64,000 nucleotides of DNA from a virus (IMGVR_UViG_3300045988_171958:32001-96000), one strand, 5' to 3'; shown: positions 34,459 through 42,099, counted from the first letter of the stretch. Numbers and translations are program-made. Notes: generated by a model not told the origin, from the letters alone.

Positions 34459-34962
34459 ATGAAAGTAAATACTAAGAGTGCTATTATATCAGCCATAACA
34501 TTTGTATTGTTTCTTACTGGAAGTATGCTTATTGTCAACAAATGTACTGGGGCATCAAATGATATTGCTATAGTAGGTGATACATTGACATCAGAAGGTA
34601 AAGTAATGGAATTCGATTATCAAAATCATAAGTTCATCAATATTGTAAAATTTGATGAAAATGGCAATGCAGAAAGTTTTGTTGTTCATGATCCTAATTG
34701 TCGGTGTAGTGTAAAGAAATTGAATAATATCACTACAGTCATTACAAATAATGACAATCATAATAAGTTGAGTTCTGATTCTATTGTAAAAGCTAATTTC
34801 AGAGTTGTACTTTCTAAACTCAATTCATTACATAATGACAATGCCGCATTAATGAAAGAAGTAAAGACTTTGCGAACAGAAGTAGCAATGCTTAAGAAAA
34901 TGAAGACAAATTGTACTTATAAACCTATTCATAGAAAAGTACAATCAAAGAAGAGAAGATAA
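34459..34962 (+). CDS. membrane-anchored coiled-coil protein (spanin-like)
   Basis: N-terminal TM segment AIISAITFVLFLTGSMLIV followed by a Cys, then a C-terminal heptad region LHNDNAALMKEVKTLRTEVAMLKKM. It sits immediately after the endolysin. Confidence 0.45.
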   Translation: MKVNTKSAIISAITFVLFLTGSMLIVNKCTGASNDIAIVGDTLTSEGKVMEFDYQNHKFINIVKFDENGNAESFVVHDPNCRCSVKKLNNITTVITNNDNHNKLSSDSIVKANFRVVLSKLNSLHNDNAALMKEVKTLRTEVAMLKKMKTNCTYKPIHRKVQSKKRR

Positions 34963-34964
34963 TA

Positions 34965-34993
34965 AACATCACTTATAGTTCTGTTCAAGAACT
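34965..34993 (+). repeat. post-stop motif AACATCACTTATAGTTCTGTTCAAGAACT
   Basis: Begins 3 nt after the stop at 34960-34962. See the copies at 3730-3754 and 232-255. Confidence 0.5.
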
Positions 34994-35012
34994 TAAGTTA
35001 ATGTTATCTACA

Positions 35013-35105
35013 GAAGCGCCTGGGTCACACAGGAAGCGGAAAATTGTTTAAGAGTATATTTATATACCTGAAATATATTTAACGTCCCTGTGTGACTTTT
35101 TATTT
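35013..35105 (+). repeat. GC-rich structured element, copy C
   Basis: AGCGCCTGGGTCACACAGGAAGCGGAA core. GTCACACAGG (35024-35033) pairs perfectly with CCTGTGTGAC (35087-35096), and TTTTTATTT follows, so the overall shape resembles a terminator. Confidence 0.75.
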
Positions 35106-35150
35106 AAATAAAAGTTTGAAATAACTTAGTTCATTTTATTCACTAAGTGA

Positions 35151-35178
35151 ATGAAATTAATTAAAATTGTTCTATTTT
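35151..35178 (+). promoter_or_regulatory. promoter (ATGAAATT-N12-TTCTATTTT variant)
   Basis: Consensus-like boxes 27 nt upstream of the ATG at 35205. Confidence 0.45.
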
Positions 35179-35204
35179 ATATTTGAATAAAAAATATTGA
35201 AATT

Positions 35205-35402
35205 ATGATGGAATTGATTTTTGGAATAATTGCTATATTAGTAGGTCTTTTCATAACAGTACTTGTCCTGTTTATAATAGTAGGATTAATAAAACTGTTT
35301 ATTGGAAGTATAGCTTTCATGGGAGGATTTGTTTTGAAGGCCATAGGTAGTTTCATCTTTTGGTGTATTGCTATCTTTGTTGCATTATGTTTGATTTTTT
35401 AA
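35205..35402 (+). CDS. small membrane protein
   Basis: 65 aa with two hydrophobic helices. Confidence 0.55.
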   Translation: MMELIFGIIAILVGLFITVLVLFIIVGLIKLFIGSIAFMGGFVLKAIGSFIFWCIAIFVALCLIF

Positions 35403-35418
35403 ATTTGATATATAGATT

Positions 35419-35640
35419 ATGATGGATGTTAATGTAGAAAACTTGAGAAATAAGAAATTGTTTAAAGTACATGCTGATATTACAGTACATGGACAGTTTA
35501 CTAGTAGAGTACTTCCATTGTCTATAAGTATTATCGCTAATGATGAGCAAGAGGCGAAAAACATTGCTAGACAAGTTAAAATTACTAATGTGAATATTAC
35601 TAATGTTAGAACAGAAGTAGATTTTAGTAAACATAATTAA
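35419..35640 (+). CDS. small hypothetical protein
   Basis: 73-aa soluble-looking ORF. The antisense ORF 35371-35634 is low-complexity. Confidence 0.5.
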   Translation: MMDVNVENLRNKKLFKVHADITVHGQFTSRVLPLSISIIANDEQEAKNIARQVKITNVNITNVRTEVDFSKHN

Positions 35641-35641
35641 G

Positions 35642-35935
35642 ATGAAGACAACAATAGTAAAGAATAGAAAAATTCCAACCCTATATGAACTAGGTTTATA
35701 TGGATATTATGGTGCTATTTCATTAATTTCTGCTGTATTGTCTTATCCATTATCTGATTATTTTATGGGTAATAGTAACAGAAAAATAGATTTTTGTTTG
35801 TCAATCTTTATGACATCAATTTCAGCATGTTTAGTATTTGTAGCATTCATTATATGTGGTGGAATTCCTTTAACAGAGTGGTTAGATGAAAAAGAAAGAA
35901 ATGAAGGTAACAATTTCGATAAATACATTTTTTAG
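35642..35935 (+). CDS. small membrane protein
   Basis: 97 aa with two predicted TM helices. Confidence 0.55.
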   Translation: MKTTIVKNRKIPTLYELGLYGYYGAISLISAVLSYPLSDYFMGNSNRKIDFCLSIFMTSISACLVFVAFIICGGIPLTEWLDEKERNEGNNFDKYIF

Positions 35936-36131
35936 AGATAAGATACAAAAAGATGGATTCAAGACTTATATTATTGCAACATTGATAATTGTAGCATTGA
36001 TGTGGTTTAATGATGTAGGAGAAAATACTATTCCAGGATTCATCTTAGTATATCTGTTTTTTGTGTTTGTTAGTTTAGTTTGTTTAATGATTAGTAGCGA
36101 TGATGAATACAGGAGAACTCATCCAGAGTAA
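35886..36131 (+). CDS. small membrane protein
   Basis: 81 aa with two TM helices. It overlaps the previous gene by 50 nt, so the start is uncertain. Confidence 0.5.
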   Translation: MKKKEMKVTISINTFFRDKIQKDGFKTYIIATLIIVALMWFNDVGENTIPGFILVYLFFVFVSLVCLMISSDDEYRRTHPE

Positions 36132-36318
36132 GAAATTCAACCATAAAGCTTTTTGCATTTTATATTCGATTTTCTTTGGAATAGCTTGGTTTATCTTAAA
36201 ATATGGTGTTGAATATACAGGTAAAGAAGTTATGATTCACCATTTGGTACTCATGACTTTATTTACTATAATCATAATTATAATATTGACATTCATGTTT
36301 ACAGAATTAGATATTTGA
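36100..36318 (+). CDS. small membrane protein
   Basis: 72 aa with two TM helices. It overlaps the previous gene by 32 nt. Confidence 0.5.
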   Translation: MMNTGELIQSKKFNHKAFCILYSIFFGIAWFILKYGVEYTGKEVMIHHLVLMTLFTIIIIIILTFMFTELDI

Positions 36319-36323
36319 AAATT

Positions 36324-36557
36324 ATGAAATTAGTACAAGATTGTAAGATTGGAACAATAATGGTTCCGTGTATTGTATATGCTGTTATATGCTATATTTC
36401 TTGGAATTTTTTTGCAACAAACTTGGTTGAAGAAAAAATGGGTATGTGCATATTTGCAACATCATTTTATGTGATAATATCAATGGTGTTTACAGTATTT
36501 GCCTATGTAGTTGTAGTAGTAATTCAAGAAGAGTTTAAAAATTTAAATAAAGATTAA
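36324..36557 (+). CDS. small membrane protein
   Basis: First ATG (MKLVQDC..), two TM helices, and a stop that overlaps the next ATG. Confidence 0.55.
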   Translation: MKLVQDCKIGTIMVPCIVYAVICYISWNFFATNLVEEKMGMCIFATSFYVIISMVFTVFAYVVVVVIQEEFKNLNKD

Positions 36558-37636
36558 TGATGGAGAATGTTTTGAAACTGACAAAAGAAAATGCAAATAA
36601 AGTATTGATTGTATATCATAAAGAAGATAATGATGGTGTGTTTTCTGCGGCATTGATGTATCATTGGATTGTTGATTGCATATCTAAACATTTACGAACT
36701 AAGAAGGAAAATGTTACTTTACTTGGTGCAGATTACAATATGCTAGATACATTAGCTAAAGATAGAAAGAATGATATGTGTCCTTATAATTGGATAAACA
36801 AATTTGGACATGTTTATATGCTTGATGTTTCATTCAATAATTGGAAAGTAATGAAGTTCTTGCATGATGCATATAGTTGTCGTTTAAGCTTTAGTTGGTT
36901 TGACCATCATGGTCCAGCATTAGCATTAGCAAAGCAACATGGATATGATGATACACCTGGATATAGGGCAACAACTACATCAACAATTGGATTAGTTTAT
37001 GAACATTTGTTTGATGTGCTTAGAATCAACCAGAATAAGGGTAATATGCCACAGTTGCTTCAGTATCTTGCTGGTTGGGACAGTTTCCATCCTAAGCAGT
37101 ATTGTCTTGGATTAGATGATTGTTATGGGGTCAATCTTGTAATCAATAGAGACTTTGAACTTGATTTTGATAAAGTATATGATTGTGTAAAGCATATTAT
37201 GTACGATGATGGTTCTGAATCTGATTATGGAAGAAACTTCATTAGTGAAACCGTACTTGATGCAGAAAACATTGTTGATTATGAAAACTATAAGAATAAG
37301 CAGTTAGTAAACAACTATGGTGATTTTGATTGGAAGTTCATCATCAATGGAAAGGAACGTAAGGCAGTTGCATTGTTCTGTCAAGGTCCATCATCAAGCA
37401 GAATGTTCGAATCAGTAGCAGATAAAGTAGATCATGCTATTGTCTTCAAACATTTGCCTAATGGAAAATGGTCTGGTTCTGTATATAATGTAAGACAAGA
37501 TGATGATAGAGAATACAATCTTGGAAGATGGATTAAGAGTTTAGTAAAGACTGCAGGTGGACATCCAGGTGCTGCTGGATTTACTATCAGTAATTCTAAA
37601 TTCAATAAGTGGAATAAGAATAAGACAGTAAGTTAA
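36557..37636 (+). CDS. DHH/DHHA1-family phosphoesterase (NrnA / RecJ-core-like)
   Basis: YHKEDNDGVFSAAL matches DHH motif I-II (DxD), WFDHHGP matches the DHH motif, and GGHPGAAGF matches the DHHA1 GGGH-type motif. Confidence 0.75.
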   Translation: MMENVLKLTKENANKVLIVYHKEDNDGVFSAALMYHWIVDCISKHLRTKKENVTLLGADYNMLDTLAKDRKNDMCPYNWINKFGHVYMLDVSFNNWKVMKFLHDAYSCRLSFSWFDHHGPALALAKQHGYDDTPGYRATTTSTIGLVYEHLFDVLRINQNKGNMPQLLQYLAGWDSFHPKQYCLGLDDCYGVNLVINRDFELDFDKVYDCVKHIMYDDGSESDYGRNFISETVLDAENIVDYENYKNKQLVNNYGDFDWKFIINGKERKAVALFCQGPSSSRMFESVADKVDHAIVFKHLPNGKWSGSVYNVRQDDDREYNLGRWIKSLVKTAGGHPGAAGFTISNSKFNKWNKNKTVS

Positions 37637-37657
37637 TAGATATAGGAGGATAAATCT

Positions 37658-37804
37658 ATGTTTGATATTACAATAAGTATTTGGACATTGGTATTGCTTT
37701 CTGGTTTTACTGGTCTTGGATTTGGATTATATATAAAGACAAGACAGAAATTAGATGAAGCAAACCGAATATTAGTAGCAAATAAGCTACCACAAGTGAT
37801 TTGA
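37658..37804 (+). CDS. 48-aa single-pass membrane micro-protein (not in the ORF track)
   Basis: Hand translation gives MFDITISIWTLVLLSGFTGLGFGLYIKTRQKLDEANRILVANKLPQVI*. It is preceded by AGGAGGA 7 nt upstream, the only strong SD-like sequence I noticed. Confidence 0.45.
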   Translation: MFDITISIWTLVLLSGFTGLGFGLYIKTRQKLDEANRILVANKLPQVI

Positions 37805-37826
37805 TATAGAAGTTATTTTAATATAC

Positions 37827-37851
37827 AGTGGAGAGCTAGCTCTCCACTTTT
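37827..37851 (+). terminator. intrinsic terminator
   Basis: AGTGGAGAGC / GCTCTCCACT palindrome followed by TTT. Confidence 0.7.
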
Positions 37852-37879
37852 ACAAATAGATCTTTGAAATAAATTAACT

Positions 37880-39334
37880 ATGAAAGTAAAGAAAAGAGAT
37901 GGTAAAGTCCAAGGCTTTGATCTTAACAAGCCAATTCATGCACTTGAAAAGGTGTATAAGAATGGAGTGAAGAAAGAAGTTCCTGATGGACTTATTAGTA
38001 AGTTTACAGAATCAATAAGAGCTTGGTTAGAAACCATGAAAGAAGATGTAGTTGATATTGAGACTGTACAAGATTTCTTGAGAGATTTCCTCATGTCAGT
38101 AGGAGAGAATGAAGCCGCAGAGCAATTCATCATTTACCGAGAAGAGAGATCTAGGTATCGAGAATCTAATACAAAGCTTGCTAAGAATATTGCTACAAAA
38201 CTTTATGCCAAGAATGTAGTTAACCAGAATGCTAATCTTGATGAAAACAGTTTTAGTGGTCGTATTGGTGAAGCTGGAGCGGTTGTTTGTAAAGATTTTG
38301 CTTTGAAAAACAGTATGTCGAAGATGGCAAGAAAGAATCATGAAGGAAACATGATTTATCAGCATGATCTTGACAAATTTGTATCGGGTATGCACAATTG
38401 TTTGACAGATCCAGTTGATATTCTTCTTGAACATGGCATTACATTGAAGCAGTGTGACATTCGTCCTGCTAATTCATTGAATACTGCATTCCAATTGATA
38501 GCTGTCAATTTCCAAGTACAATCACTTGAACAGTTTGGGGGTATTTCTGCATCACATCTTGATTGGACAATGGTACCATATTTCCGTAAGAGTTTCTTTA
38601 AGCATTACAACAATTGGTGTGATGGAATTCCATTGATGAAGTGGGCTAAACCTAACATTGATTCTAAATCTATCAAACATGTTAGTGTTGATGATAGAAT
38701 TTATACTGGTGTTGGATTGTTGAAACCATTGAAGAAAATGATATGGAAGAAAGCTTGGAATTCTACATTGAAGGAATTGAGACAAGCTACTGAAGCAATG
38801 AGTCATAATCTCAATAGCTTACAATCACGTAGTGGTGCTCAGTTGCCATTTTCTAGCATCAATTATGGTACATGTACTTTAAAGGAAGGTCGTGAAATCA
38901 TCAGAGCATTAATTAGTATGACATTGGAAGGTACTGGTAAGTATCATCGTACTGCTATATTCCCATGTTGCATATTCCAATACAGTAAGGAAATTCATGG
39001 TTCTAAAAAGAATCCTGGTCCTAACTATGATTTGTTCAGATTAGCATTGAAATCTACAACACAACGTGATTATCCTAATTATTGTAATGTTGATTGGAGT
39101 ACTAACTGGAAAGGTAATATATTTGATAGGGAGCAAAAGAATCGTGCATTGAAAGATTTGCTCAATTTCTCTAATTCAACATACTGTGCATTTGCCAAAT
39201 GGCTATCAGAACACCATGATTATGAAGATTATTTGTCATTGGAAGGTTATTATGATTGTATTGAAGATCATTGGGAAATTAAAGTAAAACCAGCAGAGAA
39301 ATTCACTAGATATGAAGTGATGAGCACGATGGGT
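37880..39334 (+). CDS. nrdD: anaerobic (class III) ribonucleotide reductase NrdD, exon 1
   Basis: N-terminal ATP-cone-like MKVKKRDGKVQGFDLNKPIHALEKV. The frame stays open for 485 codons to GGT at 39332-39334 (..EVMSTMG). The following 21 codons in the ORF track read into the intron. Confidence 0.85.
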
Positions 39335-39626
39335 AAGCGTAATACTACAGCCCATCTAAAACCTCTCGAACCATGCTTAATGGGTGTGGCAGCATAAGAA
39401 AATAAATAAGCTGCTGCTAACGGTTAGGTCCATTTATAATAGATGGATGAGATCCGTGCTAAATTGATAAATTTATTTATCATAAAGGTGTATCGACTAT
39501 CCCTGATGAGTGTAAGGGAGTAGAATCTGAGATAAGCACAGATTCGGAGCGTGAGGCCTCTGTTCATTTATGATAAATGAACTTAGGAACATATAGTCAG
39601 TCCTGTTAGTAATAACAGATAAGATG
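39335..39626 (+). other. group I self-splicing intron (292 nt, no internal ORF)
   Basis: P1 pairs exon GATGGGT (39328-39334) with intron GCCCATC (39350-39356), with a U.G wobble at the splice site. P10 pairs 3' exon TGTAG (39627-39631) with CTACA (39345-39349), immediately 5' of the guide. The intron ends in G (39626), contains several GC-rich hairpins, and splicing restores the frame. Confidence 0.8.
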
Positions 39627-40670
39627 TGTAGAACATATAATGGTTATGATATCAATTGTGATTCAAATTATTTCTTTGACATATTTAGAAAGATAGCAGA
39701 AACTGGTAAAGTACAAGACAATTGGATGTTGTCTGCAAACCAGAAAGATGGTCGTGGAAACATTTGTCCTGTTACTATCATCATGCCTACTTTAGCTATG
39801 ATGGCAAAAGAATCTGGTAGTAAAGATGTAGTAGAGACATTCATGAAGCTGCTTGATAAGAAGATTCATGAAGCAAGAGAAATGCTTCTTGAAAGATTTA
39901 CTTTGATTTGCAGTCAGAATTCTAAGTCTGCTCCATTTATGTGGACAAACAATACAATGGTAGGATATATCCCTGAAGAAGGCCCTGTATCTGCTATGAA
40001 GCATGGTACATTAGCTATCGGACAAATTGGATTAGCAGAAACATTGCAGATATTGATTGGATGTGACCAGACAGAAGCTCAAGGTCTTGAACTTGGAAAG
40101 AGAATTGAAAAGCTATTCAATGATAGATGTACAGAATTCAAGAAAAATGATAAGTTGAATTTTGGAGTATACCTGACTCCAGGAGAATCCCTTTGTAAGA
40201 CAGCAATGACAAAATTCAGAGCACAATATGGTAATGATGTTAAAGGTGTTACTGATAATGACAATAAATTCTTTACAAATTCAACTCATGTACCTGTATA
40301 CAGAGATATTGATTGTTTCAAGAAAATTGATATTGAAAGTGAATTAGATAAGTTCAGTAATGCAGGATGCATCACTTATGTTGAAATGCCAAGTTCAGCA
40401 ACTAACAATATAGATGCTTGTGAAGAATTAGTGGTTTATGCAATGGATAAGGATCTTCCGTATTTCAGTTTGCATTTCCCATTGGATTATTGTAGAGATT
40501 GCCATAGTAAAGGTGACTTCAATGGAACATGCCCACATTGTGGAAGTCATAACATAGAGGAACTAAGGATGGTCACAGGCTACCTTAGTACTGATGTTTC
40601 TAATATGAATGAAGGTAAACAAGATGAAGTTTCTAAACGATTAAAACATGTTGAACAAAATTTAATTTAA
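39627..40670 (+). CDS. nrdD: anaerobic ribonucleotide reductase NrdD, exon 2
   Basis: Begins CRTYNGYD.., so the junction reads STMG-CRTY. The C-terminal Zn-ribbon is CRDCHSKGDFNGTCPHCGS, and the glycyl-radical motif is RMVTGYL (compare RVxGY). Confidence 0.85.
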   Translation, partial: CRTYNGYDINCDSNYFFDIFRKIAETGKVQDNWMLSANQKDGRGNICPVTIIMPTLAMMAKESGSKDVVETFMKLLDKKIHEAREMLLERFTLICSQNSKSAPFMWTNNTMVGYIPEEGPVSAMKHGTLAIGQIGLAETLQILIGCDQTEAQGLELGKRIEKLFNDRCTEFKKNDKLNFGVYLTPGESLCKTAMTKFRAQYGNDVKGVTDNDNKFFTNSTHVPVYRDIDCFKKIDIESELDKFSNAGCITYVEMPSSATNNIDACEELVVYAMDKDLPYFSLHFPLDYCRDCHSKGDFNGTCPHCGSHNIEELRMVTGYLSTDVSNMNEGKQDEVSKRLKHVEQNLI

Positions 40671-40675
40671 ACTAA

Positions 40676-40703
40676 ATCAGGATGAACTTAAGTTCATCCT
40701 GAT
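40676..40703 (+). terminator. hairpin after nrdD, followed directly by TTCTATATT
   Basis: ATCAGGATGAACT / AGTTCATCCTGAT 13-bp stem. The -10-like box TTCTATATT at 40703-40711 lies 7 nt before the nrdG ATG region. Confidence 0.65.
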
Positions 40704-40717
40704 TCTATATTATAAAT

Positions 40718-41275
40718 ATGGAAACAAAAGATTTACACGTGATAGCAGTTACTGGTCCAGATATCAACAATGGTCCTGGTTTTAGAGTAACTATATGGGT
40801 ATCTGGATGTACACATGCATGTCCTGGTTGCCAGAATAAGCATACTTGGAAATATGGTCAAGGTCATAAGTTAGATGATATGGTACCATATACGAACATC
40901 ACTTATAAAGACAAGATATTGAATTTGATAGGTGATGAACATATTGATGGTGTAACAATTTCCGGAGGTGACCCATTAGACCAATCTGTACAAGCATTAG
41001 AAGAACTTGCTAAGTTTCTTTCTAATATAAAGAAGAGATATCCAGAAAAGAGTATCTGGCTCTATACAGGATATTTCATTGAAGATTTGAAGAATTATCC
41101 TCATAAAGAAGTAATTAAGAATTGTGATGTTATAATTGATGGTCCTTATGTAAAGGAAAAACGAAACATAACAATACCATTCAGAGGAAGTACTAATCAG
41201 AGAATTATCGATGTACAGAAATCATTTAAAGAGAATAAGATATGTACTATAGATGATTCAGAATTTGTAAAGTAA
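40718..41275 (+). CDS. nrdG: anaerobic RNR activating enzyme NrdG (radical SAM)
   Basis: GPGFRVTIWVSGCTHACPGCQN carries the CxxxCxxC cluster motif, ISGGDPL is present, and the gene lies directly downstream of nrdD. Confidence 0.85.
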   Translation: METKDLHVIAVTGPDINNGPGFRVTIWVSGCTHACPGCQNKHTWKYGQGHKLDDMVPYTNITYKDKILNLIGDEHIDGVTISGGDPLDQSVQALEELAKFLSNIKKRYPEKSIWLYTGYFIEDLKNYPHKEVIKNCDVIIDGPYVKEKRNITIPFRGSTNQRIIDVQKSFKENKICTIDDSEFVK

Positions 41276-41279
41276 AATT

Positions 41280-41483
41280 ATGAATAACAGAGGAAAAGAA
41301 GCTGTAGAAGCACAGAAGCAATTGATAATAGAGCTTTGTAAAGAGAGATATCCTGATAGTTTAGATGTTTCCGAAATTGGAATGCGAACTGGATGGAAAA
41401 TCAATAAGCTATTGATAGATGACTTGGTAAATGATGGCATTATCGAATGGGATGATTTGACAACAATTAAACTGAATGGATAA
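41280..41483 (+). CDS. small hypothetical protein (possible winged-helix)
   Basis: 67-aa ORF starting 4 nt after nrdG. ..LDVSEIGMRTGWKINKLLIDDLVNDGII.. looks wHTH-like. Low certainty. Confidence 0.5.
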   Translation: MNNRGKEAVEAQKQLIIELCKERYPDSLDVSEIGMRTGWKINKLLIDDLVNDGIIEWDDLTTIKLNG

Positions 41484-41490
41484 TTTTAAA

Positions 41491-41532
41491 AGTGCATGAA
41501 ATTTTGAATTTATTTTTGAAATTTCATGCACT
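41491..41532 (+). terminator. 12-bp hairpin that encloses a -35 box
   Basis: AGTGCATGAAAT (41491-41502) / ATTTCATGCACT (41521-41532). Confidence 0.6.
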
Positions 41533-41543
41533 TGTTCTATATG
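41515..41543 (+). promoter_or_regulatory. promoter (TTTGAAAT-N12-TTCTATATG)
   Basis: The -35 box and spacer lie in the 3' arm of the hairpin at 41491-41532. Confidence 0.5.
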
Positions 41544-41570
41544 TTAACTAAAGTTAACAGGAAATAAAAG

Positions 41571-41599
41571 TTTGAATTTTAATTCAACTTTTCTATATT
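41571..41599 (+). promoter_or_regulatory. promoter (TTTGAATT-N12-TTCTATATT), tandem to the previous one
   Basis: Consensus match 31 nt upstream of the ATG at 41630. Confidence 0.55.
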
Positions 41600-41629
41600 A
41601 GATACGTTAAACAAATATAAATAAAAACA

Positions 41630-41875
41630 ATGATTAATAAGTATAGAAAAAAGCCTGTTATTATTGAAGCAATTCAATGGGATGGTAAGAATTTGCCAGA
41701 GATTGATAGCTTTGTTGGTGGAAGTATTGGTATCAAAGGTACTAGTCTAGTAATTCATACTCTAGAAGGTGATATGGAAGCATCTATAAATGATTATATT
41801 ATCAAGGGTGTAAATGGTGAGTTTTATCCTTGCAAACCGGATATTTTTGATAAGACTTATGAAAGAGCACAATAA
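41630..41875 (+). CDS. small conserved-looking phage protein
   Basis: 81 aa. [17 protein letters not shown].. has the KKPV..A.Q N-terminus common in small phage proteins of unknown function. Confidence 0.6.
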   Translation: MINKYRKKPVIIEAIQWDGKNLPEIDSFVGGSIGIKGTSLVIHTLEGDMEASINDYIIKGVNGEFYPCKPDIFDKTYERAQ

Positions 41876-42095
41876 AGAGAATTTAACCAACTTGACAGAT
41901 TTTCTTGGTACCACTTTGAAATATGGTGACAAAGTTGTATTTTGTGATCCAGGTGAATCTAGAAAATGCCTTGAACATGGTACTGTTGTTGGTTTTACTA
42001 ATAAGAGAATTTATGTTGTTCATGGTGATAGAAACAGTGAAATCCTGAAGGATTCAAGAGATGTTGTATTGAATTATTACTTTATAAATAAATAA
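41859..42095 (+). CDS. small hypothetical protein (paralogue of 43269-43490)
   Basis: Internal [30 protein letters not shown] aligns with IKVSDIVAFTNPVSSRKSLALGKVTAI. Confidence 0.55.
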   Translation: MKEHNKENLTNLTDFLGTTLKYGDKVVFCDPGESRKCLEHGTVVGFTNKRIYVVHGDRNSEILKDSRDVVLNYYFINK

Positions 42096-42099
42096 AATT

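Noticed and set aside
39335-39397. The last 21 codons of track ORF 37880-39397 (..KRNTTAHLKPLEPCLMGVAA*) as the true NrdD C-terminus, with 39624-40670 as a separate gene
   Set aside because: The two ORFs are the N- and C-terminal parts of one class III RNR (ATP cone at the start; Zn ribbon and RMVTGYL glycyl-radical motif at the end). The P1/P10 pairings define splice sites that join them in frame.
39335-39626. Intron-encoded homing endonuclease
   Set aside because: The 292-nt intron contains no ORF of meaningful length in any frame.
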